Assembly (NCBI GenBank): GCA_000934665.2
Contig: KZ538091.1
Coordinates: 62,001 to 126,000, forward strand
Origin: Catajapyx aquilonaris
Lineage: Eukaryota
Reading direction: 5' to 3'
Length of the DNA: 64,000 nucleotides
Shown piece by piece: positions 22,236 to 37,600 of this stretch (positions are counted from its first letter, which is position 1; each line of letters opens with the position of its first letter). Below the pieces are notes generated by a model that ran no database searches, had not been told where the DNA came from, and saw only the letters and a program-made list of their open reading frames with translations. The translations under genes and the position numbers were made by a program.

Positions 22236-24544
22236 TACAGAGTCGACTACAGTAGGATGTAGGGGGTGGGTTGATGCATCCGGCCCCGTTTTCATATTAG
22301 GGGCTGTGCTCGTGCTGTAATTTTGATGTCGAATAACCGATAATTACAGCGGTTCCGGAACGTTCAGTAATATTGCAGCAGTCAAGCGTCTCCAATAAGG
22401 GCTGACTTGATGTAATTGATAGGCTGGAATATTTCTTCTTACATCAAACCGTGACGAGGTTGTGAGGAAATAAATTTTTTTGCCTATGCGAATCTATCAA
22501 TGCCAGTACTAATTGCACTAGACTATATGCAACATTATTTATATTAGTGCGCAATATTTTTTTTCCCACTCATTTCAGTTTTACTCCATGAATTTTTACA
22601 GAAATTTTAATTAATTTATTGTGTCATATAAATACAGTTGCAGTGTTTTTGGAGAGCACTTCGGATATTTTTGTAGCTGACTTCAGGGCAGAAATCTTGC
22701 TCTCTCAGACCTTTAAATCGCATCGGATACAGCCCCCCCCCCCTCCCCCATATCGGGAAGGTCTGCAACGATGCTACCCACGAGGCTTTATGGCCGAATG
22801 GAATTAATTTTTTATCGGGTCTACAGCCCCTGTTAGGTGATGTTTTCCGGCCAATTTCTGATCCGGAATGCTGCTTGCCCGGAATCCCGATAGCCCTGAT
22901 TAAAAGAACGCGTTCATTTGTAAACCACCTCCCTTTAAAAAAAAAAAAAAAACAGCACACCCCTATTTAATTGTGCCCAGAAACACGCTTAATTTGACAA
23001 CGACCGAAAATGGCCTCAACGCTTAATTGCACTATCCCCCTGTTAATAAATTAAATCGACGATTGGCTCTTTCGGATAACGTTGATGGAAGGTGCTAATG
23101 AGTACTATTTTCGACGTATGTTGGGACACAATGTATGTGGTAAATAGGAAATGGTGGTGCAGGCCTGCCACAAGAAACTGATGGTCGACAGCTACATTGT
23201 CGGTTGTTACAGCCATCAGCGGGTCGATGTAACTGTTACATTAAACAGCATTACAGGAGTCTGCACTCTGCCTCTCCCTGTATTTAGCTGTGGATGAACA
23301 CTGAGCAGAGTACGCCGAACGTACAATATTTTTCTCTCCACATATGAATAATTTCAAATGTAGGCCTATATACCTCCAACGGCATCAGCCTATGGAGAGC
23401 TCAGGACCTATTAATTATGCAATTCTCATTACTACTCCCTTGAAAAAAAAATCAATATGCAGGTGCACCCTTTTAAAAAAAACGGGGGCATACCGATGGC
23501 ACCAGGGTTTTTGCAAGTTTTGAATACCCGGAAGTGTAGGGTATGGTACCCGCACAATTCTTTACCCATTGGTATCGGATCGCAGGCAATCACGCAACAT
23601 GTGAGCGCCAGTTTCCACCCGGCCAGCCGATTGTGCCTCCGCATACCATTCAACCGCTAATTAGCAAATCTGGACGAATCCCACTAATTGGATAACAAAC
23701 GTTTTATGACCCTGGAACTCATTTCGGGCTCAGCAGCTTTCAATAATTACGGGTGGACCGAGAGAGGAGTCCGGTTCGGGAACATTACACACTGCTCAGA
23801 CGATAAATTCTGACCCTTTTGTCCACTCAAGTGCTCGGCCAGTCCGCACCATCCGGACACTATTGATATCGGACACCGTTTTTTTAGTCACGCACAAAAG
23901 GCGGCACAGAAACTAGTAATGTAAATACATTACCATTTTTTTAATAATCTTTTAAAAAAATTTAAAAGCGCTCTGGAAATTTTTTGCAGCCTAACGTAAT
24001 ACGAGAATCCAGCAGGTGAAGCGAAGTTAATTTGAATCGGAGCTGTTGGGAGGAGAACCAGATAATGAGGTCTCATTACCACCCTGTCACGACCCTTTCC
24101 ACAAAATTATTGAAACAGAGCCGAGAGTACGTGACGGATTTATTGCCTACGCTACTTTTCCATCGACCACCTTTCCTATACAGGGTGTTTGCAAAATAGA
24201 AGATAGTGCCAACTGTTGTGATGGCAGTGAGTCACTGAATATCGCTGTATATTAATTCAACTAAGCCGCGGTGCCAATTAGGGTGGATTATTCAAATCGC
24301 CTTAACTAGTTCATTTCCCACGCGGCATGTGATACTGTATCAGAGTGATATCGGCAAAAATGTTAAGCCAATATATCGGGTGGGGTCCACACTGATACAC
24401 CCAGGGTCGGTTAAAATATTGGCAAAACTGGTCATGGAAATGGGTCCTCATAGGTTCCGGAATTTTATTGCATCAGCCGATAGCCATATTGGACGGACGG
24501 ACGTCACACAATAATGTTGCGGACAGGCTGCAAGTTTATTTATT

Positions 24545-24710
24545 GTCAACTAGTGTCCTCTCTTATGTAAACTACCGAACTGCAAACTGCCACGATCGGA
24601 CAAGAGATGTCGCCAGTGTCACTCCCCAGTGGCCAACTAGTGCCCTCTCTTGTGGAAACTACTGAACTGATAAATACCCAGATGGCGCTAGTATCACCCT
24701 AGTGGCCAGT
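24545..24710. repeat. Degenerate tandem duplication, ~86-bp unit x2
   Basis: CAACTAGTGYCCTCTCTTRTG.AAACTAC.GAACTG...AGATG.CGC.AGT.TCAC..AGTGGCCA occurs twice. Confidence 0.7.
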
Positions 24711-27700
24711 TAATGAACTACGACGATTGGTGACTCGCTTTCGAACCAGTTAAAAACACATCAAAGTGACCCATGTTCTTTTGCAACACACGGCCTTGTC
24801 TCGTGATCCAATATATTGTTGCCCGCTGACACGTTTCAACCTCCCGGACTTTGGCGCCGCCCTTGAAGGTACATCACCGCATTGGCTCCCCGCACTGCGT
24901 GACCGTTGAACTAACGTGAAAGTGTCCACGCTGTCATTTCAGGTCGCCGGGAGTCCGACCAGAATATATGCCTTGCATAATATCCTGAGCGCCCTGCAGC
25001 CCACACCACAGGTTTGGAAAGTTGTCACGCGTGCCCGGCAGGGGATCCCGCGGAATGGCCGTTAGTTTCCGGACAGAGGGTCGGGGGGGGAAAAAAATAA
25101 TGCGAAATATCATCTCAATTCCGGTCACGTTGAAGGAAACTCGAGGACAGAAGGCTCAGTAGAGAAGAGAGAAAGAAGAAAGAAAAAAAAAAAACGGAAG
25201 TGAATGAGACATTCGGGCCATTCCGGAGGCAAGAATAGGAGTGAATGAATGCTTTTGGGTCCCAAGGCTGGCGAATGACGTCGTCGGCAATGAGGACGTG
25301 CCATCAGGGTGTCGTGTGACTGGAATGTCGTCGGTCGGCTCCAGTAATTGGACGCCATAAACCAAGGGCGTAACTTCCTCGCTAAAAAGGAACTCATTTC
25401 GGGTCGCATCCCAAAAAGAGAAGAGTTAGTTGTTGAAGAGAGAGAAGTCTGCATTTTTTTTCTGGGGGTTCCAGTAGTTCTCATCAAGTCCTCAGCAGTG
25501 ATTACGACCGACCGAATTTATAGGTCCAAATTTCCCTTCTGCAATTGCTGTTGTGGGTTGCAAAGTTTTCGCCCAATTTCCTGCAGGCTTCGGGGCAGAT
25601 GGCAACCAAGAGCTATAAAGCGGACACCTTGATGGGGCTTTGCGGATGCCAAGAATCTGCAGGGTGCGCGAGTCATCGAGGTCAAAATTGTGCAGGGTTT
25701 TATGTGAGATGATCTAATACACAATGTATGGAGGAAATATGATGAGAGTTTATGTGATGGGTGCGAAATTATGGCGATAGAGTACACCAAAGGGGAATAT
25801 TTGCAACGGAAAAGAGTAATGATTTGATGAAAAGTGTGCTGTGCGGATATCACTGCAAATACGATCGGAATGTACTGAATTCCTCTGCGGAGTTGAATGT
25901 CCTAATACATACTGCTAATTATAATCCAATATGTTCATGCTTCGCTCGGTTTCTGATGCAATAAAATGTGCCCCAATTCCGATAACTACAAAACTTTATT
26001 TTGTTCATTACCTTCATTAGTCGTTAAAAAAAATTCGAAAGCGGGATGAAAAACACATCATTTTCATAATTCTTGTAATTTGGCAGAGTTGATGAGGAAA
26101 AAAACTTCTTATTGCTAATTAGAGTGAAGAGTCTTTTAACCCCATGCTTTTGCAATACTGTAGCTATTTCTTTCTGAGGAAAAAAAAAAATCGATGGACT
26201 TTTTTAGAACCACTCTAATTTCTTGTCTGAAAGCACCGCATTCAGATTTCCGATACGTATAGTGCGCCTCAGTGAATCTATAGGAAGCCTGCATTTCCTA
26301 CAATCTTTTGTCAGTATATGTGACAGCAAAATTGAAACAACGTAACAAGGCGCGGATTTTGATCTGACGTCCGGTTGAGCACTCGCGGTACTTGCTATGA
26401 CTCATGGGCTAGACGTCCATTATCGCACATTAAAAGCATGAATTCCCAAAGTGGAACAAATCCATCTCTGACTAGCATGTCCTGAAATGGGTACTGCACA
26501 CTAATGCACGACGTTCAGTACAATTAATCCCCGGCTACATCCCCCAGCAGCTTTATTTGCCAGCTCAGGAGAAGCGTCTCTGAGCCTCTGGTACTACAGA
26601 ATGTAAAGGCTGCGGTCGTCACATCTCGGAGTTAGTCTTTGGGCAGAGGACTGTCAGGCGGTTGGACAAACCGCTGCCCAAAATTGGTCGGAAAAGCCCG
26701 TGCAAAGGGCAAGTAATTTCGGGAGGTAGGGCCACTTTACTGTCGTACTGAAAAGGAGATAAATATAATTGTCCTGGAATAGTTTCAGGTTATCAAAAGT
26801 TTTCTGACAAAACTTTTCTAAAGATGATGTCACAACAATGCGGTCTGTTGACATGTGCTTAGAAGGGCTTTATCCTCAACAGTGCGATAATACATCCTAT
26901 TGTATGGCCAGCTTTGCACAGTACCTTTGAACTAGGAGAAAAAAAATCTCAAAATGTCTGAGTGCCTTGGGCCATCAGCTGTCCGGTGCAATGGTCTAGA
27001 AAGGACAGCTTCTATTATGCTGCGAAAATTGCGCTGTAAAGAGGTTTTATGCGCAGACTTTGCAGCAGACAACCTTGAAATTGCGATTACCAGTTAGTCT
27101 TGGTGATTTTTTTTTGCGATGCTGTGATCCATCTTCATATGTGCCTATCACTATCAGCTCATCATATTGACCAAAAGCCCTTTCTTTTATGAGTACAACC
27201 CAAATGCATTACGCTATTTTTCGCCAACATTTTGAAAATTCGGTGCTGCCTCGATGCCTTCAGCAGTGTTTTTAATGTCATTTTGTAGCGAAAATTTTTG
27301 TTGCTGTAGGTACAGTAACAAAAGCGACTGTGCTGCAGGGGGGGGGGNGGGGGGGGGGGTCCACTACATTGCCAATAAACCAATTAAACTAGCTGCGGAC
27401 AAATATTGACATTTCATTTTGACACAGTTGGTTCATTTTTCCGCATCACTTTCAGTGCGTTTAGCATTAAAATAATGGCTCATTATTCGCACCTCCTGAA
27501 TTTGCAGTTATTTTTTGGCCGCTTGCAGGCATCGGTTAAATACTCATGGTGGCGAAACCACCTTGGGAATCTGCAGGTTAACTTTCCTTACATAATAGCC
27601 CAGGGAGAAAAAAACTGTTATTTAATCCCATGTAACCAAACTGTGCGAAAAAACTGGCTGCAGAAACAAACAGTTTTTTTTTTTTTCAAAAAAAACATCC

Positions 27701-30700
27701 CCAAGGGCCAGTGGACATAATTATGATGGTTGATCCTTGTTAGGCCTACTGATTTCAAATATAGTCACAAAAATGAGGTTTTTAAAATTTAAATTACAAT
27801 TATGCCAATATACTGTCCATACTATTAGATCCTGATTCAACTTCATATTCCGCCATAGTGATTGGCCCAAACTCGGTGCGGATATTCCAATAACCGTTTT
27901 CTTCCAGGCAACTTTCCTCCTTTAGCTTCCATCGGCCTAACAACAAAAAAAAATACCCCTACCGAAAGTTGATGCCAAACAAGTTTATGCACAGGCCTGA
28001 TACCACAGTACACTATATTGTACATGAATCTCAATTCCCCACTTTTGTGTAGCGTCCGGGGGTATATCGGGCCCCCAAACTTTTTTTTTACATCCTACCG
28101 CTTCCACCCTCAAAGAATGCCAAAAGGCATCATTTTAATATTAGCTTTTTTTTCTACCTCCCTATATATATATTTTTTTCATCCTGAGAGTAAGAGGATG
28201 CTCCAGCATGATGGCTCTTTTAAAAGTTTTACGGTCGCCGTTAGCCTCTATTGCCTGGTCCCCCTTTCATTACTTTCTCCTTTTGCAGCTTCTGTCCGAT
28301 GAACGGCGTGGCATCTTTGCGCCGGATCGCCAATAAATGCCTTTTGTGTGTCCCACTGTGGAGTAATAAAGGAGTTGGGGAGGGATTGCTGGGAAGAGGA
28401 CAATAGGACCCTTGCATTCAAGTTTGGGGGGGTGGTTGCCTCCTGATGTGTAGTGTCTGCTCAATCAAAAGCGTCGCCTGTGCACTTATGGACACGCCGC
28501 CAATGGCACCGGGACTAAATACGATTTTAGAAGCGGACTTGGGGAAAATAAATGGTCGTTTTCATTAGGTTCCGGCGATGAAACCCCCATCCCCAGCAGC
28601 TTCACTGCCATTTTCCTCTCCACCTCATCACCAATAGGGGGGGAATGGGTTGCATCTAAAAGACCTCGGGGCAATGCTATTTCGCACTGGAGGCCAGTCC
28701 AACCGGAATGCTTTTCAGGGCTTCCGGTTCATGTGGGGTGGATCGGATTTCTTTTCATCTTCATTCCAAATTTTTCGATATGAGGATTTTTTTTTTTAAA
28801 TGGGAGCTCAAATCGGGGTGCTCTATTTAGATTCACATATAGACGTAGAGAGCTGAGCATTTTGGAGGAAATTTAAACATGTATGAAAATCATGTACGGT
28901 ATGAAATAATAACGCAATTATATTATTATAAATTGCGAAAACTGGGAAGAAGTTCTGTGCTTTACAATAACAGTTCGTTGTGCTGAAGTAATCAACAGTT
29001 TCTTTAAACTAGTTTCTTGGATAAACAGAGGTTGGGTAATTTTCATCCTTGCATGATGCAGCCCATATTACATGGTTATCATAATAGCTACGGATACGTG
29101 CTTCTGCAAACAAATTTATTTTACAAAATGAACTTCTTAACCTCTGCATGGTTTGAGGCAGAGTAATTTTGAGTCCTAAACCAACTTCGCTTGTAAAGGT
29201 ATAATATCAAACAAAAAAGCAGATTATATACTGGGGGGGAAACTGGAAACTGAATAATAAAATGAAATTCTTTCCTGTTTTTTTTTAAATAAATAATATT
29301 GTTACCCCTCTGCTAATTCCTAGTTAAGATTCCGCCCGGAGGTAGAGAAGGAAGCTTGAAGAGGCCAACCGGGAGATATTACTTTTGTTCCCAACCCAAG
29401 GCAAGAATGCAGCACATGAAGGTACAAGGCCTCTCCTAGAAAAGACGGTGGGTATACCGCAAGCCAAATTGAGAAGGATAATCATGCTTTGTCCTGCTTA
29501 CAGTCCAAGTAAGTTTATCCGCTTAGCAGTGCACAGTGCTGAACAAACCATAACACTCTGATGCCACAAAGGGATGCTGGTCGGATTAGTCGAAAGAAGT
29601 TAGTGCTCAACTTACCATTTCCAGTACCATCATTATTGTGCCAGTAAATATCTTAGGAAAGTAAACATTTTAGCAAACGAGCTACGTGTATAAAGAAAAC
29701 AACCAAATTGGGCAGAAAGCTAAAAGCAACAATGAATATTTTGGCTCCGATTGTTGCTACAATTTAAGCTGGTTGCTGGAGTTGAGTTTGTATACACCAC
29801 TTCAAATATTTGCTCTATTGCTGAAAGTACGGTTCATTTGACGCTTTCAGAGGTACTGTACTGTACAGTACATATTAAACATGTTGGTGCAACGTAAAAT
29901 AATACCCAACATTTTTTGGAGCGCAATTTTTTTACTTTGGCATATATTGGCTATAATCATTAAAAAGTGAGAAGCTCGTTATTGCTCATTAACTAGTTTC
30001 ATATACTGGGCCCCCGATATGAACATCCGGTAATGTGAGGTAATTACAATAGCGTAATATGCGACCCTGCTGCAAGCTTCCGATATTATTATGAGAGGAA
30101 CCAAAATGCAATTTCTTGCCCTCTCTTTTCTCTTGGGGGGCTCCCTTAAACAAGTATTGACTTATGGGAGACCAATCTTGCCCTGACGAGAAGCATCAGG
30201 CAAATAAATTTTCCAGAGACCTTAACAAAAAGGAACCTAAGCTAGATCTCTAAGTACATTTTACTAGTCTTTTATTGATTGCATTGCTTTCTCTTATCCA
30301 AACAAGATTCGCTTATATTGTGACATCCCAGCTTCAATTTTTGCGATTGCTCTGAGATTGGATGCCCCCCCCCATAATGTTCTGAAAAGGTGTGTTTATA
30401 GTCCTGTATTGCGAAAAACTTTATTGCCAACCTTTTCATCTCATCCTTTTCTTCCCGATTGTGTAAATCGCTTCAGGAGAAAAACTTGGGAATCAAACTT
30501 TTATGGGGACGAGCTACACGACGTGCGAGGCAATAATATTATTGAAAGCTTTTTTTCCCCACCTGACGGACCTCTGCTCTTTTGCTAATTGTACTGGGGC
30601 TTTGGGAACGACATGTCGCGAAAAAAAATATTTCGCGCGAGTAAAAAAAATCTGGTCAAAAATTAAATGTTTGCTACAGACTGCTTTTAACTTACAGTTC

Positions 30701-33700
30701 AATTAACTCCTCAAACAAAAGCTTATTCCCAACAAAACGAGTTTTGCAAAATTAATTTGCGTATTTATAATACACACAAGCAGCCCCCCCTCCTTGCTGA
30801 GTGCACTCGCATCTAAATCACTCGGGACCATATTAACATTTGTCACAGAGAAATGCGGACTGCAATTATGGAAACTTGGCAAAACTTGTCTGCACATGAC
30901 TGTAACACCTGGTCCTGTAAACTGTCACGCGTTTTACTTGCGTTACTCTTGTGACGAGTTGGTTTTAACGACGCCACATCCAGAGACAACTCTGAGAGGT
31001 ATGTTTAATACACACAGAATGAGCAAATTACTTCATGTGGACTACATTTGCAATAAGCCAAGTGCAGGGTGATCCAACATGTTTTCCTGTCAGTGCGAAA
31101 AATATTTTAAAAAATAAATAAAATTGGCATTATTTTTTTGGTGAAAAACTCTCCATAAGAAATGTTCGTTTCTCGTTTCCTCTCTCTAGAAATAAACTTC
31201 TGTGCTGTCAGATGGCACACACACAAAAAAATGCTTGCAAATTGATTCGATGCTGAAATTGCTCAGCAATCATATTCCCTGCCAGCTTCTTCGTCTAGCT
31301 TATACGTCCGTTGGAAAATTGCAAGGTGTATTTTGCACATCTCCTTCCCGTTCCATTTATTTGCGCACCCGGCCTATACAAACCGTGTTATTTTGCCATT
31401 CACCTCAGCGGATCTTCCAGAAACGTAATTTTCCAAGACGCCAACAGAAGAAAAAAAAAATACGAGCCGTGAGCAGAGAAGTAGTACAAGCGATGCTGGC
31501 AGAGTTTTTTGGCAGCAAGCCTTAATAAAATTGCTTAAGGAAGTGGTGGGGCGGGAATGAAATTCACCGAAAAAAAAATTGGCGAAGAAAAAAAAGTTGC
31601 GGTCTGGGGCAAGGCCGCCAACTTGGGTTGCCAAAAAAACACACAATTTTGGGCGAAAAAAAAAATTACATGTGGCGACCTTCCAGGCTGGTAAACTCTG
31701 ACGGGGGTTTTCATCCGACTATTTAACCCAACCCTCCGTGTGCTTCGCCATTCTCCCGCAAAATTTAATCCGCGACCACAAAATTGCGAATAAAAACTGG
31801 TCCATTTTTTTTCATGGCTCGTCCTTTACAATGGTGCCGATGGCTATTCTGCTTAAATGTCCAAGTTTTTTTTTTTTTTTGAAACTCAGACCACCAAAGC
31901 TCTTTCTATTCCTTCCTAAAACTCTTCCTCCGCTTCCTTACGTTATTTAATTAGAGATTCGGAGCCCAGTGCCTGCTTCGCCTTACATACTAATGTCTGC
32001 TCAACGGCTTTTTGGAGCCAACAAGATGGTTGGAAATGGTGTAAACGTGAACTGCAAAGTGCCAATAATGGCCAGGCTCAAAGGAGACTTGGCAATAAGA
32101 TGCATGTGGAGATATGCAGCGTATAGGACATTTGCACCAATTTTGGTCGGATGATCATTGTTACTAATTGTCACCAACAATGAAGAACGAGTAAGTTCTG
32201 GAATAATAACAATATTTATTTATTTCCGCATTGAATCCGTTGGACAAAATATGAGCAAAAAATTGCGACATTAATATTTCTGAATGTGCTCTAATTGCAC
32301 CAGCACGTGAATAAAATTCCGTGCAAATTGCGTTTCTAGGAAATTAGATGAGCTAAAGTAAGATTTAGGGATTTATTATCGCATGACTTGCGAATGTTAC
32401 AGTTATGCTTTATGTGTGATTGCAAAAAAAAAAAACATTGCGGGCATTAAATTAATTCTGGGATGTTTCATTTCCCAGACAGCCATCAAAAGGTTTTTAA
32501 TTACACGCAAAGCCTAGATAAAGGACATTACTAGGGTCTATCCGTAGATATGACACTAAAATAGCGCATCATTATACTAATTAAAATTTGATAACGTGAG
32601 ACGTTTGGACCCACTTAACCGGCCATGGGAGCGTTGTAATCTCGCAAGTACATTTCTCGTTGTGCTTAATTACTTCCACCCTCAGTTTACGACCTGCCCA
32701 GCCAGCCCATTGTTGCTAAAAAAAACAATCGATATTTTTTTAAATGTTACAACCACCCCCGCAACATAATGACAACCCCGCCTTTTTTGGTATGCATAAC
32801 AAAAGTGGTTAACCATAACATTGAAAATGTTTTCGAGGCGTTAAAAGTCCCCCCTCCCCATCAAAATAAAAGGACAAAGAGAACCTGTACGCTAAATGAA
32901 GCCCATTGTTTAGAGTGTAAAAAGCATTATCTTTTTCGCTGGCGGCCCCCTAATTTTGCGTAATTATTCCTTGTGTCATACTACACCTACATCGCATGGG
33001 GAGGCCCTAATGACTTTTAAATGCTCTGTTTCCTGCTCACCTGCATATTCATGCCATCATTTTGTTGCTCGTTTACAGTGAACAGAAAAGCGCCACCCAA
33101 TCTCCCTTTAAAAACTCATAAAAAAAAGCTTTGTTTTGTGTTTTCACCCAACAGTATTTTTGAACAATCTGATCGTCAATGGAAAATGTGCAATCTATTG
33201 TTACAAGTACGAAATTTAACCTCTCTAATACATGTTGATTAACGCTAATTTTTTCCAACAGTAATTGACACATTTGTTCATATGCACCGAACATGATGTC
33301 TGACACAGTTTGTTCATATAATAAACTGTAGTTCGTATGGCCACATCAAACGGAAACCCTTGCTGTGCCGATGATTACATTGGAACCAACCTCGTGAAGT
33401 TATTCTCATAAAAACCGAATAATAAATCGTGGAAAATCAGGAGCCTGCTAATTTATTAAAACCCGCTGATTGCAATCAACCTGTCAGTCGAGGGTATCGC
33501 AAGATTAGTTCTAGTCGATCGAGGGTGATATACGCGTAATAATGGTTAGCCGACTTAATGTACCGTGGCTAATATGAACACGTGCCTGTTGCTCGTGACA
33601 GCCTTCAAAACAACTTCTGACCATGCATTACATCACAGCGACTAGTTTTTTTTCGCACGCATAGCAAATAATGCAGCGTTGTCATGTTTGAACTTCAAGA

Positions 33701-34446
33701 GAGAAATTTCCTGGGAGTACACCAAGGGCACCTGAATGCATCTACAGAGTGAAGTAGGTCAGCAACATAAAACATGTGAGGTGCAGGAAGATACGTGGCA
33801 CCATTTCATCAAAATTTGACGCCTCGTACCATCCACAGAGTTTGTCCCAAAAGCCTCCTCATGCCAAGGGAACACCACTTTGGTTTGACGAGAGTCGCCC
33901 CCCTTTTGAAGTAATCCCGTTCTCTCCAAGACGAGCTGTCGGATTCTCCTAAGGTTATATACGCAAGACAGCTCAGGGAGACACCTGACTTACTTGTCAG
34001 GCCGCAAACATGACAAGTTCCAAGTGTTAGAACTACCCAATTTTTTAAAAAACCAGCAGCTCAATACCACCAATATTTTTTTTTCTATCCCACTGCTGTG
34101 TGCAATTTGGCATCCACAAACGGTGCATGCAGCTTTGAATTTTGCAATTTGAACCACGCCATTTTCTGACGCCCCTTGGCAATCGCCCCTATACAATATT
34201 TTTTAGCACAAACCCCTGCACCGGACACACAAAATGTCAGCCCCCGCTCTTCTTGGGCAAAAACTGGTCGCCCACACAAGTCATATTGCATTATCAGCAG
34301 GCAGGCCCAGCCCTTCCCACATACATATACCAGTGTGCTGCAGAGTGCTCGCCAACAGAGCCACCACCTGATAAATTAATCCGGGGCCCTATCCCCCCGG
34401 AAAAAAAAGAGGCAGTAGAACATGCCATTGGCCCACAAAAGAGAGA

Positions 34447-34693
34447 CAGGGTGGCTCACTCGTTGCCAAAATTTTGGCAAAACCTAATCAACTTTACTGA
34501 GAAGGCCCACCGATTTACCACATAGTACTATTCTTGACGCATAGATGTCACGGACTCTCTCTGCACACTTCTGCCACCGTGTGAGAGAGCGCGGTACTAT
34601 CAGGCCGGACAACCATCCGACGCGACGGAGAGAATAAGCCGATTAGATCTCAGGAAAATCGTGCGCTGCTGACTTGGTCAGTGCACCACCCTG
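34447..34693 (+). mobile_element. Tc1/mariner-type MITE, family C
   Basis: CAGGGTGG...CCACCCTG ends; core CGATTTACCAC..GCATAGATG..TGCACACT..TACTATCAG..CGGACAA..GGAGAGAATAAGCC. Confidence 0.6.
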
Positions 34694-37600
34694 TGTCCAC
34701 ACTCTATTCTATTCACATGCAGACTTGGCCGTGCATGCGATCCATCTCTGGTGTCCGGGAGGTTATCGGTGCCATGTCGGGTTCTGTCATCTCACGCATA
34801 GATCCCCGGGCTATCTAATTGACACTTTTCCACGCCTCTATCTCCTACTAAAAACGTGATTGATGGCGCGAATGAGTTCACTCCTATATGAGTGGACAGC
34901 AGGAGCCAGATAGCTGACTGGTCCCGACATGATAATGCCGCAGTTTTTTTTTTTAAACACTGAAAAAGCAAACAGCAGATTGCGGTGGGTCATACCATGG
35001 AATAATAAGTCCAGTGTATTACCTGAACCTATTTTGAAGCCTTCTATTTACAGATATGTCCTTACTATTTTAAAAAGCGTGACTGCGGACAATTAATTCT
35101 CGGGACCTGCAAATAGATGCGTTGGACAACTGCAGCTCGTAAAGAGAGACACGGTCTCTCAAATTTCACCTCTGTAATATCTCGTAGTGTGCGGTTATTT
35201 CGGCTGCGGCATATAACTTTCGCCTAGTAGAGTTGAAGGGTAACATTTCATAGAGAGGAATTCCAGTGTGCGATACAAGTTTTGCTGCGGCGAAACTTTC
35301 AAAGAAGCCTCAGGGGCCAAGCTCCATTGAAAGTTCAGGGGGATGGGGTCTAAAACTGCTCTTGTTCTAGATAATAATTCATGCATCATCTTTGTTATAC
35401 CTTATTGCGTTATGTGAAAAAATTTTCCGATTATTATCACCAATCTTTGAAAATGATTCAGACATATATAGAGCGAACGAACAGGTATTACTTAAATAAT
35501 ATTTATGATGTCACATATGCCATGAATACATCCTAAGACACTTCTATCGGGAGTGATTGTTACATATAAATTATTTTGACCGATTTTGGCCACATTTTGG
35601 CAATAAAAAAATCACCATTACGGGTTGCATACTTCTAAGGATAATTTACACATTAGTCTGAATCTGCAACACGTAATTAAATTATTTTTCCTCAGTTTGA
35701 ATATTGATCTATCCACTTTTTTTTTGGTTAGGTCTCAAAACTGGAAAGAATTCGAGCCAAACAATCCCGCAAATTGTCTATTCTTTATTGGGCCATCTCC
35801 TAAACGAAAAAGTTGGAAGATTCGCAAAAATCTAGCGTTCCCCCTCTGAGGTTAATAAAATGTAACTAAGCTAAACGCGCAGATTTGAGAAGATATGAGC
35901 AAATGCATCTCCAGGGGTCAGAAAAAAAAAAGTCGTCGGTGAGATAAAGAAGAAATAAATCCTGTCAGTCCCCGCCATTTAAACGTATAAGGAGTGGTCT
36001 GGAATAAGGAACTGTGGTTTTGTCCCCCCTAAAAAAAAAGAGTCCCTCCAAAAAAAAAAAAAACTTGTGCAAACTATTCCCCAGCTGGGGTCATGCGCAT
36101 TTCGTAGTAAGAGATGCGGGTTGGAAATGGCCTCTTGTGAAGCACGGAAAGTTGGCGTTCCAATCTTATTTGCATTCAGGAGACTGGAACGAAATGGAAC
36201 ATCGACGAAGGACGTTTTGGACTATGCAAATTAGAGCTGTGCAAGTCGGAGGGGGGGGGGGATCGTTACAGTCAACGATCACTCTAGGCGATTGCCAACC
36301 GACCTAACCTCCCAACCCCTCAAGGAAAAGGAGAAGAAAAAAATGTGTAAGGAAAAAGTCTCAGGTGATTTGGCAACGTCTCTGATGAGATGCGCAAGTA
36401 AAGAGCGAGGACAAACACAAGTTTTCGCGCCTTCCTTCTCCTTGGAGCCCAAATTGGCTCCCAGAGTCGACTTTTGCAATGTCTCAGACTCAAAGGATTT
36501 GACGAACAGTTTCAAAGGTGTGGGTCGCCCATGACAGTTAAATGCAAGCATGGTCAACTATGTATAATGAAATGTGCCAGTTATGTGTACAAAAGTCATT
36601 AAAACTTTGCAATTAGCTGCAGTTGATTCGTATTGGACCGCCGGGTGTGGCCTCATGGGTCCATATTAATTAAAACAATAATGAGTCAAAAGTCCCTGGC
36701 CCTCAGACTCTCTAGCGACACTGAATGCGAAATAACATTGATAATTCGCGAATTCGTGCCCTATATTTTGGTTCAGAATCACGCCACCAATCTGGGCTTA
36801 TTTTTACATCATTCCGTGCAATTCCATTCCTTTTTTTTACCCCTATTTTTCTCGCCTTTTCCTTCTGCACTGTAGAGACCAACCTCTATAGGGAGAGCTG
36901 TAGCCGCAGGAACTTCTCTAATAGACAATTAGTGCGGCTAATTCCACTTGGGGCAACAGGTGCAATCTCCCACCAAAATCATATCTTGATGACAACAATG
37001 GCTTCGTGACGTATTAGACCGCACTCAACGTATTGCAAAAAATAAATGAGCAACTTGAGCAATTGCAATGCAAAAACCTGACAGCCATTCGCAATATTTC
37101 CCATCACATTCCTGTAAAACCCTGACAATCATTTTTTTTTTCGTTTATAGCGGCCCAATGTAACGAGCATTAGCCACCTATTTTTTCGCGAAGAGCCAAA
37201 TTTGCTCGTCAATTATTCCCATTATTGTTTTGACGCCAGCGTTGGCTTCCAATTTGCCTGAAAAAACAAGCCCAGAAAAAGTAGGGTAATTTATTCTGAC
37301 ACGTTTCCCTCTCCACACTTTTTTTTTTTTTGCATCCCTCCCACATACTCTAAAACGAGCTGTCGTTCAACTCCTCTTTTCACATATTGATTGAAACGAT
37401 GCTCTCTACACCAATGGTCCACACATATTGTAGTACCAAACCCGCAAAATTTATAAAAAAAAATCGAGGGCATCATTATCTCATGCCCTCCCAACATCAC
37501 TCCGGATGCATATCTTTATTATTATATACCCTAGGGGGTGTTACAAGTGGCGAAACAATCAGTGTCTAGACTCGTGTCCTCCACTTTGCATGAGCTCAAA

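Noticed and set aside
29324..29508. Plus-strand exon-like segment (CTAATTCCTAG...CAA|GTAAGT)
   Set aside because: Stops in all three frames and no partner exons found.
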